Shown here piece after piece: positions 8,128 through 14,811 of a DNA stretch of 32,000 bases. The translations under genes were made by a program, and so were the position numbers. The stretch covers positions 14,592-46,591 of the forward strand of contig NZ_JXBB01000006.1 of assembly GCF_001653195.1 (NCBI RefSeq), in the 5' to 3' direction. Each line of letters opens with the position of its first letter. Position 1 is the stretch's first letter. The notes beneath the pieces are model-generated. The model made no database searches. It was not told the DNA's origin and saw only the letters and a list, made by a program, of their open reading frames with translations. The stretch is from Hydrogenibacillus schlegelii (GTDB lineage: Bacteria > Bacillota > Bacilli > Thermicanales > DSM-22653).

Positions 8128-8156
8128 TTGATTTTTCCCGGGGGCCGTGATACATT
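8128..8156 (+). promoter_or_regulatory. sigma-A-type promoter of the tRNA/rnpB operon
   Basis: TTGATT (8128-8133), 17-nt spacer, TG-n-TACATT (8148-8156). It sits 59 nt upstream of the first tRNA. Confidence 0.55.
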
Positions 8157-8214
8157 AAGCATTGTCGCGGCGGTCCGGTGCGATGGCCGGACGATCCGAG
8201 GCCGCCATCGGTGT

Positions 8215-8290
8215 GGGGCCGTAGCTCAGCTGGGAGAGCGCGTGAATGGCATTCACGAGGTCGGCGGTTCGATCCCGCTCGGCTCCACCA
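8215..8290 (+). tRNA. tRNA-Ala (anticodon GGC)
   Basis: Hand-folded cloverleaf. Acceptor GGGGCCG/CGGCTCC carries the G3:U70 alanine identity pair. Anticodon stem is CGTGA/TCACG with loop ATGGCAT. T-loop TTCGATC, encoded CCA. Confidence 0.93.
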
Positions 8291-8370
8291 TTTCTGTTTG
8301 GCTTTTCATTCACAAGCGGCGTTTCTCATCCTGCGAGCCTCGGGCGGGGCTTTTTGCGTCTTGGTGACGT

Positions 8371-8463
8371 GGAGTGATACCCAAGTGGTGAAGGGGACGG
8401 TTTGCTAAACCGTTAGTGGGCCCCAAAGGCCCAGCGTGGGTTCGAATCCCACTCACTCCACCA
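8371..8463 (+). tRNA. tRNA-Ser (anticodon GCT)
   Basis: Acceptor GGAGTGA/TCACTCC. Anticodon stem ACGGT/ACCGT with loop TTGCTAA. Long variable arm (GTGGGCCCCAAAGGCCCAGC). T-loop TTCGAAT, encoded CCA. Confidence 0.92.
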
Positions 8464-8466
8464 GAT

Positions 8467-8543
8467 GGCGGAGTAGCTCAGCTGGCCAGAGCGTACGGTT
8501 CATACCCGTGAGGTCGAGGGTTCGAGCCCCTCCTCCGCTACCA
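8467..8543 (+). tRNA. tRNA-Met (anticodon CAT, elongator type)
   Basis: Nearly identical in pattern to the Bacillus elongator tRNA-Met as I recall it (GGCGG.GTAGCTCAGCTGGC.AGAGCGTACGGTTCATACCCGTGAGGTC...). Loop TTCATAC, encoded CCA. Confidence 0.88.
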
Positions 8544-8548
8544 GCCGC

Positions 8549-8622
8549 AGGGGCGTAGTTTAATGGTAGAACAGCGGTCTCCAAAACCGCCAGTGTGGGT
8601 TCGATTCCTGCCGCCCCTGCCA
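8549..8622 (+). tRNA. tRNA-Trp (anticodon CCA)
   Basis: Acceptor AGGGGCG/CGCCCCT. Anticodon stem GCGGT/ACCGC with loop CTCCAAA. Close to B. subtilis tRNA-Trp from memory. Encoded CCA. Confidence 0.92.
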
Positions 8623-8654
8623 TTCCCCGGCTTGAGGCGTTTCTTCCTTTATTC

Positions 8655-8728
8655 GGGAGCATCGCCAAGCGGCAAGGCAAGGGTCTGCAAAACCCTCATC
8701 CCCGGTTCGAATCCGGGTGCTCCCTCCA
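8655..8728 (+). tRNA. tRNA-Cys (anticodon GCA)
   Basis: Acceptor GGGAGCA/TGCTCCC with U73 discriminator. Anticodon stem AGGGT/ACCCT with loop CTGCAAA. Encoded CCA. Confidence 0.92.
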
Positions 8729-8731
8729 CGC

Positions 8732-8808
8732 GTTCCAGTAGCTCAGCCGGATAGAGCAGCGGCCTTCTAAGCCGTCGGTCGGGGGTTCGAATCCCTCCTG
8801 GAACGCCA
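8732..8808 (+). tRNA. tRNA-Arg (anticodon TCT)
   Basis: Acceptor GTTCCAG/CTGGAAC. D-arm GCTCAGCCGGATAGAGC. Anticodon stem GCGGC/GCCGT with loop CTTCTAA. Encoded CCA. Confidence 0.92.
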
Positions 8809-8819
8809 TGCTGAGGAAC

Positions 8820-8895
<76 letters not shown>

Positions 8896-8994
8896 CGGGA
8901 TCCGCGCCCGACCGAGGGGGCGCCGGTGGTTCGCCCGGCGGAAGGGGCGGGCGTTCGAGCGGGGGCTCGGAGTCCGGCCGCAGGCGTCCGCCGT

Positions 8995-9085
8995 GGAGGA
9001 GTACCGAAGAGGTCATAACGGGGCGGACTTGAAATCCGTTGGGGCCTGCGGGCCCACGTGGGTTCGAATCCCACCTCCTCCACCA
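8995..9085 (+). tRNA. tRNA-Ser (anticodon TGA)
   Basis: Acceptor GGAGGAG/CTCCTCC. Anticodon stem GCGGA/TCCGT with loop CTTGAAA. Long variable arm (TGGGGCCTGCGGGCCCAC). Encoded CCA. Confidence 0.92.
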
Positions 9086-9104
9086 GACGCGCCAGAGCGC
9101 GCCC

Positions 9105-9542
9105 GTGATGATCGGGGCACGCGTAGCCGCTGCGCCGGACGGATTTGGCCGCCGGCGTAGAGGAAAGTCCAGGCTCGCCCGAGCTGCGAGGCTCGGAGTG
9201 TTCGCGCCCGGGGCAACCCGGGGCGGCGGACGGCCTGCCTCCGGGCAGGTGCCGGGTCCGTCGACGGCGGCGAACGGAACTCCCGGAGTTCCTATTAGCC
9301 ATAACGTGCCACAGAGACGAGCTCTTCCGGCGACGGAAGAGGTGGAACGCGGTAAACCCCGCGAGCGAGAAACCCAAATGATGGTAGGGGAGCCCTCCGA
9401 AGAGAAATGAATCGGAGGAGGGATCGCCTCCGGCTTCGCCGGCGGCGATAGAAAGATGGCTACGCCTCCTGTACGAGGGCCGGGCACCCGTTGGCAGTAC
9501 GGGAGGACAGAACCTGGCTTACAGTGCCGCCGATCGCCCACA
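9105..9542 (+). ncRNA. rnpB: RNase P RNA, type B (Firmicute type)
   Basis: Universal blocks are present: AGAGGAAAGTCCAGGCTCGCC (CR-I), GTGCCACAGAGACGA, GGTGGAACGCGGTAAACCCCGCGAGCGAGAAACCCAAATGATGGTAGGGGA, and GCAGTACGGGAGGACAGAACCTGGCTTACAG (CR-V). These are near-identical to B. subtilis rnpB from memory. P1 pairs 9105-9119 with 9525-9542. Ends are good to about +/-15 nt. Confidence 0.93.
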
Positions 9543-9556
9543 CGGGCGCATACCAG

Positions 9557-9594
9557 CCGCGGAAGCTTGTGCTTCTGCGGCTTTTGGCGTTTTC
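9557..9594 (+). terminator. rho-independent terminator of the tRNA-rnpB transcription unit
   Basis: 10-bp stem CCGCGGAAGC / GCTTCTGCGG (one G:U) with loop TTGT. It is followed by CTTTTGGCGTTTT. Confidence 0.7.
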
Positions 9595-9671
9595 GGGGCG
9601 GGATGGGGGTTCGGTTGATTTTTCCCGGGACGGCCTGCATACTATACGTAGGGATGAAGGAGGGTGAAGGG

Positions 9672-10829
9672 ATGGCGCCGTATCGCGTGCTCATCTTGAG
9701 CGCGAGCTTTGGGGAAGGCCACCGGCAGGCTTCCCGGGCGATTCAGGAAGCGCTCTATCTTCGCCATCCGGATGCGGCCGTCGAGATCGTCGATTACGTC
9801 CAGTCGATCAACCGGACGTGGAGCCGGTTTGCGCAGTTTTTTTACCTCCAGGGGATCAAACGGGCGCCGGTCCTGTACGGCTTTTTCTATAAACAGTTCA
9901 ACCGCATCCCGACGGATTCGACCTTAAGCCGCAGCATGAGCCGCATCGGCCACATCATCGGCGGGCGAAAACTGAAGGAATACATCGATCATTTTCGCCC
10001 GGATGCCGTCATTCATACGTTTCCGTCTTCGGCCGGAGCCTACGCGGAGCTGAAGCGGCAGGGCGAGACGGCGGTGCCGTCGTTTACGGTCATCACCGAC
10101 TACGCCGCCCACCGGCAGTGGATCCACCAGGAGACGGACCTTTTTTTTGTCGGGGCGCCGAAGGTGCGCGACGAACTCATCGCCGAGGGGGTGCCGCGGG
10201 AAAAGATCCGGGTGACGGGAATCCCGGTGCGGCAGATGTTTTTGCGGACGTACGACCGGGCGGAGCTCGCCCGCCGGATGGGCCTTCGCCCGGATCGGCC
10301 GACGGTGCTCCTCCTCGCCGGGGCGTTCGGCGTCTCGGAGCAGATCGTCGCCGTCACCCGGGCGCTCCTCGCGGAGCCGGTGCCGCTTCAACTCCTCGTC
10401 GTCACCGGCCGGAACCGGCGGCTCTATGAGACGATGGCGGAAGTGGCGGCAGAAGCCGGCGGAGGGCTTCGGGTGTTCGGTTTTGTGGAGAATATCGCCG
10501 AGCTGATGGCCGTCTCGGACCTCGTGTTTACAAAATCCGGCGGGCTCACGACGTCGGAAGCGGTGGCGATGGAGGTGCCGATGGTGTTCTTCAAGCCGAT
10601 CCCGGGCCAGGAGGCGGCGAACGCGGACTTCCTCGCCGGCGCCGGGGTGGCGGTCATCACCCGGCAGCTCGACGACCTCATCGCCTTCACCCGCCGGTTT
10701 TTGGACGATGCCGGACTGCGGGCGGCGATGAAGGGCCGGTTTCTGCCGCTCAAGCGGTCGATGCATGAGACGACGATCGTCGAGGAGCTGGAGGCCTTTC
10801 TCGCGGCGGCGAAAGGAGCTCGGCGATGA
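9672..10829 (+). CDS. ugtP: GT28-family diacylglycerol glycosyltransferase (UgtP / MGDG-synthase-like)
   Basis: Start moved to ATG 9672 (AAGGAGGG upstream); the track ORF start at 9456 lies inside rnpB. The N-terminus RVLILSASFGEGHRQASRAIQEAL matches the UgtP-type motif (ILTANYGNGH). The C-terminal half has FTKSGGLTTSEA. Confidence 0.8.
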   Translation: MAPYRVLILSASFGEGHRQASRAIQEALYLRHPDAAVEIVDYVQSINRTWSRFAQFFYLQGIKRAPVLYGFFYKQFNRIPTDSTLSRSMSRIGHIIGGRKLKEYIDHFRPDAVIHTFPSSAGAYAELKRQGETAVPSFTVITDYAAHRQWIHQETDLFFVGAPKVRDELIAEGVPREKIRVTGIPVRQMFLRTYDRAELARRMGLRPDRPTVLLLAGAFGVSEQIVAVTRALLAEPVPLQLLVVTGRNRRLYETMAEVAAEAGGGLRVFGFVENIAELMAVSDLVFTKSGGLTTSEAVAMEVPMVFFKPIPGQEAANADFLAGAGVAVITRQLDDLIAFTRRFLDDAGLRAAMKGRFLPLKRSMHETTIVEELEAFLAAAKGARR

Positions 10830-11431
10830 CGCTTCTTGCCTTCGTCCTCGCCTACCTCCTCGGTTCGGTGCCGTTCGGCCTCCTCTTCGCCCGGGCGGTC
10901 GGCGTCGACCTTCTTCGCTGCGGGAGCGGGAACATCGGCACGACGAACGCCTTTCGCTGCGCCGGCCCCGTCGTCGGGACGCTCACCCTCGTCTTCGACG
11001 TGCTGAAGGGGCTCGCCGGCGTTTTTTTGCTGGCGCCGCTCGTCCACGCGCCGTGGGCGCTTTATGCGACGGGGCTTCTCATCATCCTCGGCCACACGAA
11101 ATCGGCCTTCCTCCGCTTTCGAGGCGGGAAGGCCATCGCGACGAGCTTCGGCGTGCTCCTTTATCTCAACCCGTGGGCGATCCTTCTCGCGGCGGCGGCG
11201 TTTGCGGCGGTCGTCGCCCGGACGCGGACGGTGTCTCTCGGTTCGATCACGGCGGGCGTCGTCTATCCGCTGCTTACTCCGTTTTTTCGGCATGATCCGC
11301 TGTTCATCCTTCTTTCGTACGCCCTCGGCGCGTACGCGATCTGGCTGCACCGGGAAAACATCCGCCGCCTGCTCGCCGGGGAGGAGCCGAAGTTTACGTT
11401 CGGCCCGCGGCGGGACCGGCCGCTTCGGTAG
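10826..11431 (+). CDS. plsY: glycerol-3-phosphate acyltransferase PlsY
   Basis: 201 aa polytopic membrane protein with the signatures YLLGSVPFGLL and GSGNIGTTNAFR, then HTKSAFLRFRGGKAIATSFG. ATGA overlap with the upstream gene. Confidence 0.93.
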   Translation: MTLLAFVLAYLLGSVPFGLLFARAVGVDLLRCGSGNIGTTNAFRCAGPVVGTLTLVFDVLKGLAGVFLLAPLVHAPWALYATGLLIILGHTKSAFLRFRGGKAIATSFGVLLYLNPWAILLAAAAFAAVVARTRTVSLGSITAGVVYPLLTPFFRHDPLFILLSYALGAYAIWLHRENIRRLLAGEEPKFTFGPRRDRPLR

Positions 11432-11578
11432 GCGCCGGGAAGGGCGATGGGGCCGCCCCGTTGCCTCCGTTCGCCCCGCGTCCGGTGGGTCGCCCGGCCG
11501 GCCCGCGCCCGGAGGCAAAGAAGCGGCCGAACGGGAATAAGGACCGGCGGCCAAGGCGGTCGAAAGGGGGCGAAGCGG

Positions 11579-12013
11579 ATGCTCGGCCCGGAAGCGGAAC
11601 GGCGGCTTGCGGCGCAGCTGATCCGGACGCTTAAGGAGGCGGAGGCGGCGATCGCGCAGGCGTGGTCGACGGGAGATCGGGCGCGGCTTTCGCGGCTCGG
11701 CCACGCGCTCAAGGGGAACTCCGGCGCCCACTACTTCGGGCTTTCGGCGATCCGGGAGGCGGGCGCGGCGCTCGAGGCGGCCTTTCGCCCCGCGGCGGGT
11801 CGCTCCGATCCGACCGCTGGCGAGGCGCCCCGGACGGCCGGCCCGGACCCGTCGGCCCACGTTGCGGCGGCTTCCGCAGGCGAAAGCGGGGCCGGAGGCT
11901 CCTCCGGCCCCGAAGCGGGGGAACAGGCGGTCGACGCGGCCCGGCAGGCGATCGCGGCGGCGATCGCGGCGCTTCGGGAACGTTTTCCGGCTCCGGAGCC
12001 GGACGAGCGCTAG
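11579..12013 (+). CDS. Hpt (histidine phosphotransfer) domain protein
   Basis: Start at ATG 11579 (GAAAGGGGG upstream). Hpt signature LGHALKGNSGAHYFG inside a helical context. Low-complexity Ala/Gly-rich middle. Confidence 0.7.
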   Translation: MLGPEAERRLAAQLIRTLKEAEAAIAQAWSTGDRARLSRLGHALKGNSGAHYFGLSAIREAGAALEAAFRPAAGRSDPTAGEAPRTAGPDPSAHVAAASAGESGAGGSSGPEAGEQAVDAARQAIAAAIAALRERFPAPEPDER

Positions 12014-12190
12014 CGTCGCCCGTCGATTTCCGGGCGTCGGGGGGCCGCCGCCCTGGGGCGGGGCCGAAAACGCCGCCGCCGGGGGCCGGCGTCTTGACGG
12101 GACGACAAAAAGACCGCCGGAAGGGCGCGGGCGGCCCGATGGGCGTCGGAAGCACCGCCGGAGAGGTTTGGGAAGCGCCGCCGGACGGCC

Positions 12191-12946
12191 CTAGCGGGGA
12201 AGGTAGGCGGCGATCCGGGGCTTGATGCTGTCGATGGCGATGGCGAACCCGATGCTCTGGGACCCCCGGACGATGGCGGCGTTCATGCCGATCACCTGGC
12301 CGTAGAGGTTGAAAAGCGGCCCGCCGCTGTTTCCGGGGTTGATGGCGGCGTCGGTCTGGATGACGTCGTCGTAGTCGTGCTGGCCGGTCCGGACCGAGCG
12401 GTGTTTGGCCGAGATGACGCCGACGGTGACGGTGTTTTCGAGCCCCAGCGGGTTGCCGATGGCGATGACCCATTCGCCGACGCGGGCCGCGTCGGAACTC
12501 CCGAGGACGGCCGCCGGGAGCGGTCGGGGGGCGCTCACCTTGAGGACGGCGAGATCCCGTCGAACGTCCTGCCAGACGAGGCGGGCGGGCCGGACGAACG
12601 CCCCTTGCCGGACGCGGATCTCACCGGCCCGGTCGATGATGTGCTGATTCGTCAGGATGTAGCCGCGGGGATGGATGATGAAGCCGGAGCCGAAACTTCG
12701 GCCGAGGGGCGGCCCGTCGTCTTCGGGGAGGAAAAAAGGGAGGAAAAACGGGCCGAAGGGCCCGAAGGGAAGCTGCCGTTCCCGGTCGGTCTCGATGGCG
12801 ACGATGATCGGTTTGACCCGCTCGATGACGTCGACGAAGATGTTGGCCGGATGCGGCCGATCCGCCGGATCGGGTCGCTCTGCCGGTTGGGCCCGAAGGA
12901 GGTCCAGGGCGAGGCGTTTTTTCTTCGTCGGCTTCACGGTCCCCAC
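12191..12946 (-). CDS. S1C-family trypsin-like serine protease (HtrA/DegP catalytic domain only, no PDZ)
   Basis: Catalytic triad contexts: ILTNQHII (His), RDLAVLKV (Asp), GNSGGPLF (Ser). Only ~250 aa, so there is no room for a PDZ. The GTG at 12937 (AAAGAGG 8 nt upstream) may be the real start. Confidence 0.85.
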   Translation of the reverse strand: MGTVKPTKKKRLALDLLRAQPAERPDPADRPHPANIFVDVIERVKPIIVAIETDRERQLPFGPFGPFFLPFFLPEDDGPPLGRSFGSGFIIHPRGYILTNQHIIDRAGEIRVRQGAFVRPARLVWQDVRRDLAVLKVSAPRPLPAAVLGSSDAARVGEWVIAIGNPLGLENTVTVGVISAKHRSVRTGQHDYDDVIQTDAAINPGNSGGPLFNLYGQVIGMNAAIVRGSQSIGFAIAIDSIKPRIAAYLPR

Positions 12947-13114
12947 CTCTTTCCGGGTTCGCTACAGTGTATGTCCGGCGGCCGGCCCGGTCACGTTCGT
13001 CCGCCCATGGCCCGGAAAGATCGGTTCGGCCGTTCGACCGCGGCGCTCAGGCAACGGGACGGGAAACGGTTCGTCGACCATCCGGTTCGCATCCGCCACG
13101 CCCAGAAAGATCCG

Positions 13115-13142
13115 TTGCATCTTTTCTATGATGTGATACAAT
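13115..13142 (+). promoter_or_regulatory. sigma-A-type promoter for the REC-Fis regulator gene
   Basis: TTGCAT (13115-13120), 16-nt spacer, TG-a-TACAAT (13134-13142). It lies in one of the few AT-rich stretches. Confidence 0.5.
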
Positions 13143-13209
13143 AAAAACGATGAATCGTGCTTGATGCTGGAGTTCTGAATCATCATCCTATGAAACGAGG
13201 GGGTTCCCG

Positions 13210-13743
13210 ATGAAGCGGAAGGTGCTCGTCATCGACGATGAGAAGGAGCTGGAGCTCCTCGCCCGGGAGGTGCTCGAGCCGGAGGGGATCGAGGTTCAGG
13301 CGGCGGAGACGGGGCTGGACGGGCTGGAGCTTCTCAAGCGGAACCGTTATGACGTCGTTCTTCTCGACCTCAACCTTCCGGACGAAAACGGGCTCGAGAT
13401 TTTGAAGCAAGTCCGGGACAAGGACCTCATGACGCGAATCGTCATCATCACCGCGTACGGCTCGATCGAGTCGGCGGTCCAGGCGATGAAATCCGGCGCC
13501 AACGACTACCTGGCGAAGCCGGTCTCGGCGGAAAGCCTGAAGGACGTCGTGATGAAGCAGCTTTCCGGCAAGCGGGAGGACGAGGCGTATCCGATTTCGA
13601 TGCAGGAAGTGGAGCGGAAGCACATCGCCTACGTGCTGAAGCTCTTCCGGGGGAACCGCCGGAAGACGGCGGAAGCGCTCGGCATCAGCCTCCGGACGCT
13701 GTACTACAAGATCAAGCAGTTTGACCTTCGGGACGTCCGCTGA
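13210..13743 (+). CDS. response regulator, receiver + Fis-type HTH (NtrC-like lacking the AAA+ module)
   Basis: Receiver motifs VLVIDDE, DVVLLDLNLPDENG, IVIITAYG, DYLAKP. The C-terminus EVERKHIAYVLKLFRGNRRKTAEALGISLRTLYYKIKQF is a classic HTH_8/Fis motif. At 177 aa total it has no sigma-54 activation domain. Confidence 0.88.
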   Translation: MKRKVLVIDDEKELELLAREVLEPEGIEVQAAETGLDGLELLKRNRYDVVLLDLNLPDENGLEILKQVRDKDLMTRIVIITAYGSIESAVQAMKSGANDYLAKPVSAESLKDVVMKQLSGKREDEAYPISMQEVERKHIAYVLKLFRGNRRKTAEALGISLRTLYYKIKQFDLRDVR

Positions 13744-13851
13744 CGCGCCCGACCGGAAAGCGCCTCCGGCGACCGATCGGCGCGGGCGGGGGCGCCCGGT
13801 TCGGGGACAAGCCCATCGACCACCGGCGTCGGCCGCCGCCGTGGCGGCGGT

Positions 13852-13880
13852 TTGCCGGCGGCCCTCCGATCACGTACAAT
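13852..13880 (+). promoter_or_regulatory. candidate promoter for the HAD hydrolase gene
   Basis: TTGCCG (13852-13857), 17-nt spacer, TACAAT (13875-13880). Confidence 0.4.
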
Positions 13881-13908
13881 GGGGTAGGCGGTGAAAGGAG
13901 GGCCGTTT

Positions 13909-14733
13909 TTGTTTCGCTACGACCTCGTCGCCGTCGACGTCGACGGCACGCTGATCGACGACGCCTTTCGGGTGCCGCCGAAGACGCGGGCGATCCTGCG
14001 GGAGATCCACGCCAGCGGCCTCGTCGTCGTGCTGGCCACCGGACGGAACCCGAGCGGAACGGTCCCCCTGCTGTCCGAAATCGGCATCTCCGGCCCGCTC
14101 ATCGTTCACAACGGGGCGTTCGTTTTCGATCCGGCGACGGGCCGGGAGTTTTTGACCCTTTCCCTCGGACGGTCGCGCTTGCCGGATCTTTTTCGCTTCG
14201 CCCGGGAACACGGGCTTCACTACGACGTGAATACCACCTATCACCTGTACGTCGACGCGTCGATCGCGCCGGAGATGGCGGCGCTGTACGAGGCGTATTA
14301 CGCCAAGCCGCTCGTCGTCGCCGACTGGTCGGAAGTGACGGAGCCGGTCGTCAAGGTGACGATGATCGGATCGGAGGCGCACGTCGATCGGATCTTTCCG
14401 GAGGCGGTGCGGGCGTTTCCGGAGTACCGGGTGCTTCGGAGCGGGGAGACGTACATCGACGTCGTCCATCCGGAGGCGAACAAGGGCGCCGGGCTCAAGG
14501 CCGTCGCCGCCGCTTACGGCATTCCGCTTTCCCGGACGATGGCGATCGGCAATTACTATAACGACCTCGAAATGTTTGCCGTCGCCGACTTCGCCGTGGC
14601 GATGGCGAACAGTCCCGACGAGGTGAAGCGGCGGGCGGATGCGGTGACGGCGTCGAACAACGAGGAAGGCGTCTACCTCGCCATCCTCCGCTATGTCCTC
14701 GGCGACGACCCGGCGGGGCGGGAGACGATCTGA
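13909..14733 (+). CDS. Cof-type HAD-IIB family hydrolase (sugar-phosphatase-like)
   Basis: Motif I DLVAVDVDGTLIDD, motif II VVLATGRN, C-terminal IGNYYNDLEMF. AAGGAGGG at 13895-13902 favours TTG 13909 over the GTG 13891 given in the track. Confidence 0.85.
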   Translation: MFRYDLVAVDVDGTLIDDAFRVPPKTRAILREIHASGLVVVLATGRNPSGTVPLLSEIGISGPLIVHNGAFVFDPATGREFLTLSLGRSRLPDLFRFAREHGLHYDVNTTYHLYVDASIAPEMAALYEAYYAKPLVVADWSEVTEPVVKVTMIGSEAHVDRIFPEAVRAFPEYRVLRSGETYIDVVHPEANKGAGLKAVAAAYGIPLSRTMAIGNYYNDLEMFAVADFAVAMANSPDEVKRRADAVTASNNEEGVYLAILRYVLGDDPAGRETI

Positions 14734-14766
14734 CCGCCGGGGGGCCCGACTGGGCGCTCGCCGGGA

Positions 14767-14800
14767 GAAACGGCGACGGACCAGAAACGGCGACGGACCA
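14767..14800. repeat. perfect 17-nt tandem duplication
   Basis: GAAACGGCGACGGACCA occurs at 14767-14783 and again at 14784-14800, just upstream of the 14812 ORF. Confidence 0.9.
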
Positions 14801-14811
14801 AAGTAAAGTTT

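Noticed and set aside
8291-8370. Terminator after tRNA-Ala (weak hairpin GAGCC...GGCTT plus T5 near 8331-8352)
   Set aside because: The stem is only ~5 bp including a G:U, with an 8-nt loop. No promoter is evident before tRNA-Ser, so I kept a single operon model.
9456-9671. Upstream extension of the glycosyltransferase ORF (track start 9456)
   Set aside because: It would begin inside rnpB and cross its terminator. ATG 9672 has a strong AAGGAGGG SD and matches the UgtP N-terminus.
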